Of a stretch of DNA of 64,000 nt, positions 21,538 through 32,894 are shown piece by piece. The stretch covers positions 806,001-870,000 of the forward strand of contig JBLDXI010000019.1 of the NCBI GenBank assembly GCA_047495785.1. The letters run 5' to 3'. The translations under genes and the position numbers were made by a program. Source of the stretch: Lepidodermella squamata. Taxonomy: Eukaryota; Animalia; Gastrotricha. How positions within the stretch are numbered: the stretch's first letter is position 1; each line of letters starts with the position of its first letter. The notes under the pieces are model-generated. The model ran no database searches and was not told the DNA's origin. It saw nothing but the letters and a program-made list of their open reading frames with translations.

Positions 21538-24500
21538 ATGTTTTCTGTGGAGTACTTCATTCAGCCCGTAACATCCGACTTTGCCTCAACCTACATCAAC
21601 AGATATGGCCAATCTTCTAGTTCGCTTGGGCCGATGATTCAATTGTCTGGTGGCGCTGATGAACCTCGACTGGATAATATTCGATCATTTGTGCAGAACG
21701 TACCAGCCGACCAGGTGGCTAATATTGATTTGGAGACCCGCTTCAATATTCTGGCCAACTTCCTGTTCGATATTGTTGTAAATATCCATCGTGATTTACC
21801 TGTGAATTCCTTCTGCCGGCTAACACTGTACCACCCCGACTTGAAGATGCCTCTTAGCCTACCCTTCATGAAACGCGATCGGTTGCTGGAAATTTCAATT
21901 TTTGATCAACTGAGAAAAATATTACAGAGTAATGAAGAACTCTCATTTGCTGGTCGGTGGACAATTCGTCTCTGTGTCATTGATAACCCCAATGCAGATC
22001 TAGGTCAAATTGTTGGTGGTTCTCGGGCAGAGCGGGCTATAAACGAAACTTTGGACAAATTTTTTCTTCGCTCCAAATCGATCGTTAGAATCGGAGCGCG
22101 CAAGAATGAAACGAACAATCTTTGCATGGGCAGAGCTCTCATCACTGGAGTGGCTTTGGCTCACATGAAGGCGAATCCTACGGATCCATCTCTTCAAGCA
22201 ACCTTCAAATCGATACGTAGTACGCGAACCAATCGTCAATTTCGCGAAGCCACGGCGCTATATCAGAAAGCGGGCTTACCTCTCAACCTTCCAGCCTACA
22301 ATCTAGATGATCATTACTCAGCCCTGTGTTCGGCTATCGATCCTGAACATAATACTTACAGATTCGTAGTATACTCGTACGAATCACAGGATGTTATTAG
22401 GGAAATCCCAGAATTTGATCATCGCGTAAGCCTTGGGTTGCTTCCTGTTGTTCTACTGGTTTATCGCAACGACGTCTCTCAGCCCAACAGTCATCATTTT
22501 CATGTCATTGCGAATCTCAACTTTATGAAGGCCACTCTTAGCAATGCACAACGAATATGCCCCACTTGCTTTCAGACGAAAACGAGTACGGCTGTGCACA
22601 GATGCAAGTTGGCATGCTCTTCCTGCCGTAATTTTTACATGAAAAACCTGAATTTCACTTCTTTTATCATTAATATTATTTTAGGTGTATCAGGGAGCAT
22701 TTGCCGTGTGATTTCCAACACAGACCAACAAAACTACACGCGGTGTCCGCAATGTCGTGCAGGTCTGATGTTTTTAACCTTTTCATTATTATTCAGCTCT
22801 TTTTATGTTTTTAGTTTTGTATAGCGAACGTTGTAAGCAAAACCACAAATGTGCTAAAAAGAATCCATGCTTTAAATGCGGGAGGAAATTTGTACATTTT
22901 CTCAAGCATGAGGCTATGTGTCCCGGGCGGCGCTGTCACATTTGTCAGGAGCCTTTGAAAGCCAGCGACGAAGAAAATGGCACACACTTCTGCTTCATGA
23001 CTCCCTTGGTATACTCATTTTTTTCAGTCCAGCTTTTTTCAAAATACTGTGGTTGGTGTATTTTTAGCCCTTGAAACCGGCGAATAAACTGGAACGTTAT
23101 CGTAACCTAGTTTTTTGGGACACTGAGACATTTTCGCCATCACTTGCTGATAACAACAATGAGTTCCAAGTATGCCTTATCGTTGCAAAGGTCGTATGCA
23201 TACCTCACTGCATCGAAGCGAGGATTCAGCGATGCCATTCTAGTTGTGGACTTCATATTTTTTATGGAAGTCGTCCTCTGGAGGATTTCGTAAACTGGGT
23301 GCTTCTACCTATGAATTACCAGTCGATTTATTTGGCTCACAACTCAGCCAATTTCGATTCCTTATTATTACTGAAAGAAATTCAAACACGATGTTCTAAA
23401 GTGAAGATTCTTCAAAGGCAGGGATCTCTACTATGCATTGATTTCAAACAACAAAAAATCAGATTTTTGGATTCATATCTCTTTTTTCAATGCAGATTAA
23501 GGTAGGTTACCTAAGAAACACTAAGAAACTACATTGCTTACAGGTATTTGTTCAACAACAGGGATTTACCAGCAACAATGGGAATCCCAGACAAGAAAAC
23601 CTTCTTTCCTTACGTCTTATGCACTAAAGAAAAGTAAGTACATCATCAACTTCTTGAGCTATTGTGATTGAATTCGCTGTAATCCTTCGAGTTTCAATCT
23701 CGAATTCCCACAGCTGCCTAATATGATCTACTATGAGCCTGACAAAATGTCTCCTTCTGAAAGAGCAGAATTTCTAACTTTCTACAACGAAAACAAACTG
23801 AAACGGTTCAGTGTTCGCCACACGTTACTGCAATACTGCATACAGGATTGTCTAGTTTTGGAAAAGGCGTCAATCAAATTTCGGGCGCTAATGCTGGAGT
23901 TGTGTTCTACTGATGCCTTTAAAGAATGCATCACACTAGCTTCTCTCACAAGCACATGCTTCCGCAAGCTGTTTCTTACGAAGGATACATTACCTGTCAT
24001 CCCGACCGCTGGCTACTGTGGCAAGGATTCACACAGCAGGCTCTCGATAGCTTTTCTTCAATTTCTGATGGAGTCTGACCCTGAAACTTATGGTTCAATG
24101 AAACACGCTCAGAACTCACGTCAAGAAGTTCGAATATCTATACCTGGCCACCGTTATCCTTATCGCGTCGACGGTTTTGTTGCACGTCGTGATAAAATTC
24201 CGAGTGAACCCGATCTGATTGTCGAGGTTCATGGTTGTGCTGTCCATGGCTGCTTGCAATGCTTTGAGGCCTCACAACTAAATTTTCTATCTGGACAACC
24301 AAACGGCGTAGTTTACAAGCAAACCTTGGAACGTGAAGAGTTGTTTCGCTCGAATGGTTACATTCTTCAAAGCTTTTGGGAGCATGAAATTAGAGCTAGT
24401 TTCAAACAACACCCGAGAGCACAGGAGATTTATGATAATCTCACAATAGCTAATGTAATGGAGAGCCGTTCGTTTTTCTTTGGAGGTAACTGGAGGTTTT

Positions 24501-26324
24501 CCCTATTTAATCTTCGCGGGATTAAAACATCATGCCTACTTTTTAGGGCGGGTCGAAGCTTTTCGTTTAATGGCTATGATTGCCGAATCACACTCAACTT
24601 CAGGCGACCAAAATTTGGAAAAGATTGCTCAAATTTGTAAGGAAAGCGGGATGCAAACCAAGGACTTCTTATTTCCATCGCCCGATTATTCTATAATTTC
24701 CGCCGACTTCAACTCGTTATATCCAAGCTGTATGATGGATGGCTACTATGCAATAGGACCACCTAAAGTATCCACCTTGGATCTCAGATTAAACAACGAG
24801 AAACTGCAGGAGATTTATTCAAAGGAATCTTTTTTTGGTGTCGTACAAGCACGCGTAAGCTCTTCGCATCTACATATCGTCTCCCTGCTTTCATCATCAC
24901 CACATTATTTTGCTAGGTATTAGCGCCGAAAAACATCTGGCTACCTGTACTCTGCTTTCGTAGTAAACAAAACAAGCTCGTGTTCTCATGTTGCTATGCT
25001 TGTTCGTCGACTGCAAATCCAAACTTGTGCGTTTCAAGCCGTGAATGCACCCATTCTGATTATGAAAGGTCCTGGATTGGTTCGTATTGCTCTGTGGAAC
25101 TGAAGTACGCTACAGATGTTCATGGCTACAGATTGCTGGAAGTCTACGAGGTTAATAATTTTGTTTAGCCAACTCATGCATGGCTTCTATCAAGTTATTT
25201 TTTTTAGATATGGGAGTTCAAGAAGAGCAATACAATTTTCAGAGATTTCATTAAAAGATTCACCATTTTGAAGGCCGAATCCTCCGGCTGGCCGCCAAAC
25301 TGTGCTACTAGTGAACAAAAAGCACAGTATTTGGAGCAATGGGAACGCATTGGTATAACGATTGATAGCACCAAGTTGGATAAAAAGAACCCTGGGTTAC
25401 GCGCGATCGCCAAATTAGTTTTGAACAGCTTTTTTGGTCGATTTGCTATGAATTCTAATCTAGAGAGAACAGATTATATCAAATCCCCGTTTCTGCTTCA
25501 GCAAATGCTAAATAATCCAGCTTTGGAAATTGTGGATATTCAACCACTAGGCTTACTCATCAACTCTGATGATGTCTCTCGCTTGCGAATTGTAACACGG
25601 CCAACCAAAGATGCCGACGTTCCAAATGGATCCACCTCAGTTATAACAGCGGCCTTCGTAACAGCTAATGCTCGTGTGAAACTGGCTCGTGAGCTGTACC
25701 GAGTCGGCCCAAAAAGTGCTATCTACAGCGGTTAGAGAATAGCGCCGCTTATGCTACCAACATCTCTACGTTTTTTGTCTTTTGTTTTAGACACGGATTC
25801 AATTTTTTGCCTTCAAGGGCCTGGAATTACTAAAATTGAGTTCACACCCGTTCTTGGCGGCTTGGCGGATCAGCTTGATACAGGGCAACGCATCATTGCA
25901 ATGGTTGTACTGGGCTGTAAGGCATATGCCCTACTTTTTGCTGACGGCAAAGCCAAGCTAATGTTAAAGGTAATTGCTACTTGTTGTTACGCCCTCTGTT
26001 TTTTATTATTTACGTCACGCGCAGGGAATACGTCAAAGTTTTCATTCACGCAGTCTTCTCGATTTTTTCTTGTTCATCAAGCATGTAATACAAAGTCTCC
26101 ACGATAACGAAACCAGCGGAAGCGGGGGCCGGGGTGATAACAACAAAAACAGCGTCATCGCTGAATTGGATCAGACTCAGTTTAAAAAAGTGCATACTCC
26201 GTTATCGGAAATTCATTGTGTTCATATAACAAAAAAGATTCGTTTAACCTATGATAAACGTTGGCTACGCCCCGGCGATGCTTCCTTTCTAACTTATCCA
26301 CATGGATATAGCGCTGATCAATGA
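21538..26324 (+). CDS. polB: Protein-primed family B DNA polymerase (about 1400 aa; 10-11 exons) with N-terminal TP/OTU-like region and Vsr-like insertion
   Basis: Inferred introns: 22628-22684 (in-frame, tentative), 22763-22814, 23009-23067, 23502-23561, 23634-23691, 24486-24546, 24855-24916, 25151-25207, 25731-25790, 25970-26024. The spliced CDS (4206 nt) is open. Motifs: ExoI FWDTET, ExoII AHNSANFD, ExoIII YCIQDC, FFGGRVE, A DFNSLYP, B KLVLNSFFGRF, C YSDTDS, KGI, YDKR. Confidence 0.93.
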
Positions 26325-26331
26325 TCGATTA

Positions 26332-27483
26332 TTACATGAATAAACTCCAAAACCCTGTGCCAGCTTGAAACTTGTTGATTTTATTTATCTTACGCTGTGA
26401 CGTTCTTCGGAAAAGTTTTCCAGGTGGTGATATTTGTGTTTGATCAGTCATAGAACGTGGCTTTCTACCGCGCTTTTGACCCTTCCGTGGCGTTGCCGCT
26501 GCAGTTGCTGCTCCAGCTAGCTCAATTTCCATCGGTTCAGCGGCAGCGGCTTCTTCTTGTCTTTCTGCTTGATTATCATCATTATCAGCACCATCTTGCA
26601 GCTCTTCACTATTGCTGCCGCTGCTGTCCTCATCGCCGCTAAACGAAGACGACCCTGCTGTTGTGTTGCTGTCTCGAGGGGCCTGGGGGGTGCGCGCGCG
26701 GGGGGTCCCTCCTCTCGTAGGCAGCTGCTCATCATTAGGCCGATCAACAACAACATCATCGTGGCTGAGGACGGTCGTGGCTGCAGCGCTAGAAGTCGAT
26801 GATGTTTGCGGGGCAGCGAATAGAAAATCCATTTGAAGATCATCAAATTCATAATTGCTGCTATTATCAGTTGAAGGTCGTGGCGTTGTATTAGGTGAAA
26901 ACTGCTGCTGAAAGCCGCCAATACCCGAATCTCTGTTATAGTTGTTATAGCTAGGCCCGGCCGCTTGACCAAAATTACTAGATGTTAATTTAGTAGGTTG
27001 TTGGCGCGCAAGTTGTTGTTGCTGCTGTTTTTTTGGAGGAGGAGGAGGAGGAGGAGAAGAAGCAGAAGGAAGCGGCGGCGGCGGCAGCGGAGGAGGAGGA
27101 GGAGGAGGAGGAGGAGGAGGAGGAGGAGAGCGCGGCCTCGATTCTGCTCGATCTGCTGGTGCAGGCGACATTGGAATAGCGGCTGGCGGCTGGCTACTGC
27201 CTTGTAAAACTACCAGCTTCTTCAAATTCATAATCTCATGCATGAGTTCGTTACGTTTTCGCACTAAATCGGCTGAATTATCACTACTACTAGCGTTGTT
27301 TATCACATCCCGGTCTAAAGACTGTAATAGCTGCACTAGTTTGAAAAGCAGAGGATTGCTCAGCAATGTTTTAGCAGCAATCAAGTCGCTCGCGTTTGGT
27401 TGTTGTTGTTGTTGTTGTGCTGGAGTTGGCCCAGGTGTCGCAAGTGGAACAATAGTCATGCGCTGTGCATAGTTTCGCTGCAT
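26332..27483 (-). CDS. Polinton Pro/Gln/Ser-rich low-complexity protein with basic C-terminus
   Basis: 383-aa ORF in the structural block. PolyPro from a (GGA)n tract. Ends QAGTGFW, resembling an adenain-type cleavage site. Confidence 0.65.
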   Translation of the reverse strand: MQRNYAQRMTIVPLATPGPTPAQQQQQQPNASDLIAAKTLLSNPLLFKLVQLLQSLDRDVINNASSSDNSADLVRKRNELMHEIMNLKKLVVLQGSSQPPAAIPMSPAPADRAESRPRSPPPPPPPPPPPPPLPPPPLPSASSPPPPPPPKKQQQQQLARQQPTKLTSSNFGQAAGPSYNNYNRDSGIGGFQQQFSPNTTPRPSTDNSSNYEFDDLQMDFLFAAPQTSSTSSAAATTVLSHDDVVVDRPNDEQLPTRGGTPRARTPQAPRDSNTTAGSSSFSGDEDSSGSNSEELQDGADNDDNQAERQEEAAAAEPMEIELAGAATAAATPRKGQKRGRKPRSMTDQTQISPPGKLFRRTSQRKINKINKFQAGTGFWSLFM

Positions 27484-27486
27484 AGT

Positions 27487-27900
27487 TTAGATTCGAAGAA
27501 GCCTCTTGAGTTCTGAATAATCAAACTTTAGCCTGGGTGCAAAGGATTTCAATACAGTGGGTAAAACTGCAAAAAAGGAAGCTTTCGAAGCCTTATTTCG
27601 CCTATTGTTCTTGTTGCTATTAAGGCAGTGTCGAATAAAAACTTGCCGGTTGTGCTCGACCAAATTGACACCTTTTTGTTTCAATTTAGCCAAATCAGGG
27701 GCCAGAACAGTACTAGTGCTGCGAAGCCAATACAAGGCGCAACGGCTAAGAAATCGTATAAGGCTAACAGAGCTAGTTGCTAAAATATCAGCACGCTGAC
27801 CGGGGTGAGCATGCAATAACCATTTCAATGCAAGAAAAAGCCGCCGTTTTTTATCAAGACTGAACGATGGTGACGTTGCTGAGGTAATAACTTTATTCAT
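27487..27900 (-). CDS. Conserved basic Polinton ORF (PW-like/core-like)
   Basis: LLHAHPGQRADILATSSVSLIRFLSRCAL resembles, from memory, the small conserved basic ORF next to the ATPase in group 2 Polintons. Confidence 0.55.
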   Translation of the reverse strand: MNKVITSATSPSFSLDKKRRLFLALKWLLHAHPGQRADILATSSVSLIRFLSRCALYWLRSTSTVLAPDLAKLKQKGVNLVEHNRQVFIRHCLNSNKNNRRNKASKASFFAVLPTVLKSFAPRLKFDYSELKRLLRI

Positions 27901-27951
27901 TTAACGACGAAAATTGGGCGGCAATGAATCCTTTTATAATAGTACATATCA

Positions 27952-28795
27952 TCATTTCTTTGAGACTAAAATGTAAGCGTAACCAGGTTTACTACCGAAG
28001 CCATTGCTCGAACGAATGCGGAGATTATCCGGAGTAGTTGCACAATTATCCAGTAGCAGTGGCGTGTGAGATGATTCAGCAGTTGCTTGGTTCAACGCTT
28101 CAAGAAGGCCTCGCCAGCCCATTGGGGAACGCCGTTGTGCATATGATCTAAAGCTTGCAGAGTCGGAAATGCAGCGAAAATAGAATAAATAGTTTGCATT
28201 TTGCTATAGAATAGAAAATACATAGAAGAAAAAACAATAATTTTCTGAGGCAAACCAGAATTTCCCTGCTATTTTTTGCTCGAGTAAACAAAACTTGTTG
28301 AAGGAGAATGGTTGTCGTATTCAAGTGCCGCCCTCCTAAAAAAAGCTGTACCAGTGTTTCGTCTTCAGTTAATAGGCGATACACGTCATCAAATACTAGG
28401 CAACAGCGGGGCTGCGTCTCGTTATTGTCGTTGATATAATTTTTTAAGCTGAAGCTATCGCTACTGCTGTTTTTTGTGTCTGCTAAATTTACGAATTCAA
28501 CTTTAATTTTGTGAACTTGCAATGCAGCATCGGCTATGTCATTGTAAATGGGTTGGAAAGTAGAATAAAAATAGACAATTCTCTCAAAAGGAAGTTCAAA
28601 ACTGAATGCATCCTGTAGGATTTGAAGCACCAGACTTGTTTTACCGCTCCCCGACCTGAAGATGAGTAAATTACACTAAAATATATTGACTTTTATTTCC
28701 ATCGTCACTTACGGCCCAACAATGAGAATTGTGCTAGGGTGAACAAAAGGCAAAGCTTCATTTATGTTGCCAGGGCAGCAGCGCAAATCACTCAT
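27952..28795 (-). CDS. A32/FtsK-like packaging ATPase (exons 28795-28713, 28655-28256, 28203-27952; 244 aa)
   Basis: A 57-nt intron splits Walker A VGP|SGSGKT. Walker B LVFDD, GRHLNTTTILLQQ. After a 52-nt intron: SREIL|QNANYLF...TPDNLRIRS. Confidence 0.92.
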
Positions 28796-28798
28796 CCT

Positions 28799-29362
28799 TT
28801 ATAATCTAACGTTACAGGGTTTTATTCTTTCAAGTGGTCTCATAGATAGACCATAGTGGGAATATAATGTATTAAATTTATGATAAAGTACACAGTCTTT
28901 TATAAGCAAATTGTTCTTTGATCCAAGCTGATCAAAATGCCTCAAAATTTGGTGCATGTCTTTACCTCGCGCTCGAAGCATGCTGTAATATAGAGCCCAT
29001 AAGCCGCAGATTTGTGAAAAAACATGCTGGTAAGACCTATTGCAATGAATGTACGGCACTTCTGTTTGGCTATTCGCTTTCAAAAAGTTGTCGATATAGA
29101 GGTTATGATAGGAAGGGGAAAGGTTAAGGCTATCGAAAAACTCACAGGGCTCATCAGGATGCTGTGCGCTGTGAACAAACAGTGTGACCCAGTGCTTTCC
29201 TGTAGAATTGTATACATTTCCTGTGTTACAGATAATCAATTGTGGATTATTTTTCACAATAGGAAGCTGCTGTGGTAGCTGATCAGCGGCTACAACAAAA
29301 ATGTCAAACTTTTTTAGTACTGGATCAATCCGGATGAAATCTTCCAATTCATTGTTGTACAT
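28799..29362 (-). CDS. Adenain-like (Ulp1-fold) maturation cysteine protease
   Basis: GKHWVTL (His), EFFDS (Asp), YQHVFSQICGLWALYY (Gln/Cys). Confidence 0.9.
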   Translation of the reverse strand: MYNNELEDFIRIDPVLKKFDIFVVAADQLPQQLPIVKNNPQLIICNTGNVYNSTGKHWVTLFVHSAQHPDEPCEFFDSLNLSPSYHNLYIDNFLKANSQTEVPYIHCNRSYQHVFSQICGLWALYYSMLRARGKDMHQILRHFDQLGSKNNLLIKDCVLYHKFNTLYSHYGLSMRPLERIKPCNVRL

Positions 29363-29372
29363 GAAAAACTGC

Positions 29373-30863
29373 TTAAGAATCAACAATTACGTCACGCGTT
29401 CGTGTGATCTTAAAAAATTTGAATTTTAAGGCAATTTTAATTTTATGAAAAAAGATGATACCTCAAAAACTGAATCAGTTTCAGTTAATACTAACAGCTG
29501 AGTAACAATTGTTGTTTGAACAGCAAAACTCAACTCTACTCTGCAGGTACCTGTGCGTATAACTGAGTAATTTTGCAACGAGGAGTTGCGCGATAAATCG
29601 AAACCAAAAATTGTGAAGCCATTAATAAACTGATCCATAGTTAACGTAGATGCCTTGAAAGGGTTATCTGGGTTGATAGCATTGAGAAGCTCCAAATAGA
29701 CTCTGGTGACATCTCCATTTGCAAAATCCATTTCCAAGGGAGCTGTTGAGTGATGTAGTTCATTGCCCAAATAAATCGATATTCGGGATAGCTGGCTGTG
29801 TAATGCATTCAATGGATTTTTACCCGCCGTTCCATTCAGGGCGGAATCTTCAAAAAAACAGAAAAACATACGCCTTGGAAGCTTACCATTAATACATTGT
29901 GGTATCTGTTAAACCATTAGAGTTTTAAAAATTGACTTAGAAACGCGCGATGAGCAAACTTACACTGTAACTCAAAACACTACTTGGTATGTGAAAAAGC
30001 CTTGTTCGAACTCTCATTATAGGATATTTGGCGTTAGTTTTTTCCAGCGCACGCGTATGAGCAATCACTATGTCCGGCGACACAACAACAGCCCGGGCAA
30101 TAATTTTTGCAGATTCAATGACGATTGAGTGAGGATCAGCTGTGCTCGGCCCAACCAAAGCAAAATTGTTAGATGCCCTATAGAGCTTGATGCGGACTTC
30201 AACATTAGGTAGAAGTAGCCTATTACACAGCATAGGATCTGCAAACAGGCGTCCCAGGGTGCACACAGATTTCCCGCCCTGAACAATTTCCAACCGTTTT
30301 TTAAATCCCTCGTTTGAATTGTCAAAATTATCCAGTTTTTTAGCTGTATCAGGATACCAAAATTGTGTCTGTAATATCGTGTTTTTTGCATCAGTATTAT
30401 GAGACAAAAGCGTTGAAATATAGGCCCGATAAGCGTATAATGAATTTTGTTCACTTAAAAGTTGCCCATTTAGTGAAATCTCGCATGTTTTGAACATTGT
30501 GTGGTGGGCTAAACAAAGCGGGGCTTTTTGTAAATTTGTAGCCGAAAGACTAGCCTTATACTCGTTGTATGCATCGTCAGCTTCGCCAGCATTTTTCTTC
30601 CGAGCTTCAGAAGGGGTTCTAACTACTTTCCACTTGAGCATCAGTTGCATGCGTGACAGACACAAATAATCATTGTACGGGCCGATTTGAAACTCAATCA
30701 GGTTCGGTGAACTATTAAGAGGGGCAATTGGGTAAACATCTATACTTATTTGGTTTTCTTCAGCAAGCTGTGAAGGCGGTACAGTAAATAAATCTAAATC
30801 TGAAGATAATACTATTGAAGAGGCTGAGGCTGGGTGAACAAAATTATCTCCAAAGCCTTCCAT
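29373..30863 (-). CDS. Major capsid protein (double jelly-roll, hexon/PY-like; exons 30863-29964, 29905-29462, 29408-29373; 459 aa)
   Basis: SDLDLFTVPPSQ, LYAYRAYISTLLSH, AKYPI, GKLPRRMFF, KNPLN, GFTIFGFDLS, GTCRVELSF. Introns of 58 and 53 nt restore the frame and the C-terminus FE|ITRTRDVIVDS. Confidence 0.9.
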
Positions 30864-30896
30864 TACAAATTTGAAGAATCAAACGCAGCAATGGGC

Positions 30897-31439
30897 TCAA
30901 GACGCTTCAAATAGCACTGATTTAGTTGTTGCGCGTCTTTTCCTTTTATAAGCCTTTCTTTTTGTAGTAGAAGCACGGCGCCTACGTTTTGCAGTCACAC
31001 TACTAGTTTTACTAGGGCCACGACGACGGCGCCTTTTACGGCCACCTCCACCGCCTTGATGTTGCTTCAAAGCCGTTTCAGCAATATCCTTAGCCATGTT
31101 TAAGGCGCCTGAAGTGCCATGACGCTTAAGGGATTCGGTAAAACTAGGTCTAGCGCCCTCAGGTTGTTGCATATCACCTAATATTTTTTGGCCAGTAGAT
31201 AATGCTTGTTGAAAAATAGACGGAGCAATTACTGGGAAGAAATTTCTGAAAAAGGCACCTAATATATTTCCTATTCCCTGACCCCTATAATGATATGGAA
31301 ATTGAATTGTTGCCCCACGGAAATGGTCCAGGTTAGCACCCGCTCCAGCTCCATAGCCTGCTATCAGCGGGGAGGAGTGTTGGCGGAGAAAAAACTGCTG
31401 GTACTTGTCAACGTTTTGGTTAGAATAAGCTAGGGGCAT
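30897..31439 (-). CDS. Polinton virion core / membrane-lytic-like protein (amphipathic helix plus Arg-rich tail)
   Basis: YRGQGIGNILGAFFRNFFPVIAP amphipathic segment after a GxG site, then QGGGGGRKRRRRR basic tail. Confidence 0.7.
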   Translation of the reverse strand: MPLAYSNQNVDKYQQFFLRQHSSPLIAGYGAGAGANLDHFRGATIQFPYHYRGQGIGNILGAFFRNFFPVIAPSIFQQALSTGQKILGDMQQPEGARPSFTESLKRHGTSGALNMAKDIAETALKQHQGGGGGRKRRRRRGPSKTSSVTAKRRRRASTTKRKAYKRKRRATTKSVLFEAS

Positions 31440-31477
31440 CTTCGGTAATATTAATAATTAGAACTCAGCCACTTATA

Positions 31478-32698
31478 TTAATATAAGGCTCCGGTTTTTC
31501 GGCGAATATGAAGTAGCAATACAACTTTGCTACCATCCACAAAATCGATCAATGCCCCGTTATCGCGGCGGATTTGAACTTGAATTGAATCTATAAAATT
31601 GGCTTTTAAAGGTAAATATAGGCCCGAGTTATAAATCACTGTAAAATGTGATGACAAGTCTGAATTTGCCGTAGCAGAAGCCATCGTAGAATAGGTTATC
31701 ATTCGAAGGAGGCTAGCTTGGCAATCTCCAACAAAAACATCCGCTGCAACTGAGCAGTAAATGAACAGTGAGTTATTGCCATAATTCAACTGAATGTTGT
31801 ATTGAGCTGTAGCACTTTCTTCATAGCATGCATAAATAAAGGCAGGCGGTAAATCATTATCTTTGGTGATTACTGTTTGCTCAGAAAAATCAAAGTGCTG
31901 TGCTGAATTTACGCCTTCTTGATTTTCTACCGCCGCTGTCTCATTATTTGCATCCTCCTTAAGTTTTGGTCTGCTAGAAAGCCTAACAATCCCAACTGAG
32001 TTGAATAAAATGTGTGGATTTTCACGAATTTGGTGGCTCATATTCCACGCATATGCCAAGGCATACGTTGACTTTATATCAAAAGTGGAAACTTCATTAA
32101 ATTCTGGCTCGTCATTTTTTGGGGCCTTGGGAAAAATGAAAACTCCAGACGGTGTATTCTGTTCTATTGGAGACACAAAACCTAAGAGGCCAGCAGAATC
32201 TGAAGGTATAAACATAGAATATGGCCATTTACAGGTAATTTTAGTTTTTTTGTTGACTGAATCATAATGAGCAAAAATAGAGCCATTACTACTTGAGATG
32301 GATATTTTTTCATTAAAGTGATCGATTAGTTTGGTTATATTCGCAAAATATTCACCTCCGAAATTTACTTTGTTAATAAAGCCAGTTTCCCATGGATTGT
32401 TGAAACTTTTCATCCGATGTGGCAAAGAGCCAGGATTTGTTAAATAATTAGCAATAATGTCGTTTTTAAAAGATTTCAGCCAGTTACAATCAAGCACATA
32501 GACTGTATGACGATCAATGCTACTCCACCTAACAGGAATTGTAGCCTCAAGTAGGGCTACTTCATAAGCACGGCAATCGGGTACGCAAATTGGGACAGGG
32601 AGAGCAACTTGATAATCCGACGGAGTATTCGCCGGATGTTGAGAATATGAGGCATTCGAGGGTAAATAAATAAAGAAGTCCTCCTGGATGCTAAGCAT
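31478..32698 (-). CDS. Minor capsid protein (penton, PX-like)
   Basis: N-terminal FFIYLPSNAS...NTPSDYQVALP...YEVAL and C-terminal SLFIYCSV..VGD..SLLR..YLPL..IDSIQVQI...LLHIRR. Confidence 0.85.
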   Translation of the reverse strand: MLSIQEDFFIYLPSNASYSQHPANTPSDYQVALPVPICVPDCRAYEVALLEATIPVRWSSIDRHTVYVLDCNWLKSFKNDIIANYLTNPGSLPHRMKSFNNPWETGFINKVNFGGEYFANITKLIDHFNEKISISSSNGSIFAHYDSVNKKTKITCKWPYSMFIPSDSAGLLGFVSPIEQNTPSGVFIFPKAPKNDEPEFNEVSTFDIKSTYALAYAWNMSHQIRENPHILFNSVGIVRLSSRPKLKEDANNETAAVENQEGVNSAQHFDFSEQTVITKDNDLPPAFIYACYEESATAQYNIQLNYGNNSLFIYCSVAADVFVGDCQASLLRMITYSTMASATANSDLSSHFTVIYNSGLYLPLKANFIDSIQVQIRRDNGALIDFVDGSKVVLLLHIRRKTGALY

Positions 32699-32894
32699 TT
32701 GTTATGTTATCCTTATCTATCTTTTCTAAAGTAAGGATTGCGCTGTTGCCAAAAGGGGGGAGCTTAGTTTTGAATAAATAGTTTGAAATTTCTATAAGCC
32801 AAACGGTTATTAGAAGGAAAAAAATGTAGGCCCCTACACGCACAGATGGCTTTTGTAGGAAAGCTAAGAGTGGAGTCGTAGGAACTCTATTCAT
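32691..32894 (-). CDS. Small putative membrane protein
   Basis: 67-aa ORF packed between integrase and penton with overlapping start/stop codons; one hydrophobic segment. Confidence 0.5.
   Translation of the reverse strand: MNRVPTTPLLAFLQKPSVRVGAYIFFLLITVWLIEISNYLFKTKLPPFGNSAILTLEKIDKDNITNA

Noticed and set aside
21469-26324. pPolB as a frameshifted pseudogene
   Set aside because: Every frame break coincides with a 52-62-nt GT-AG segment, and removing them gives one open CDS with intact motifs.
26998-27207. Arg-rich protamine-like ORF on the + strand
   Set aside because: Antisense shadow of the (GGA)n/polyPro tract of the 383-aa ORF.
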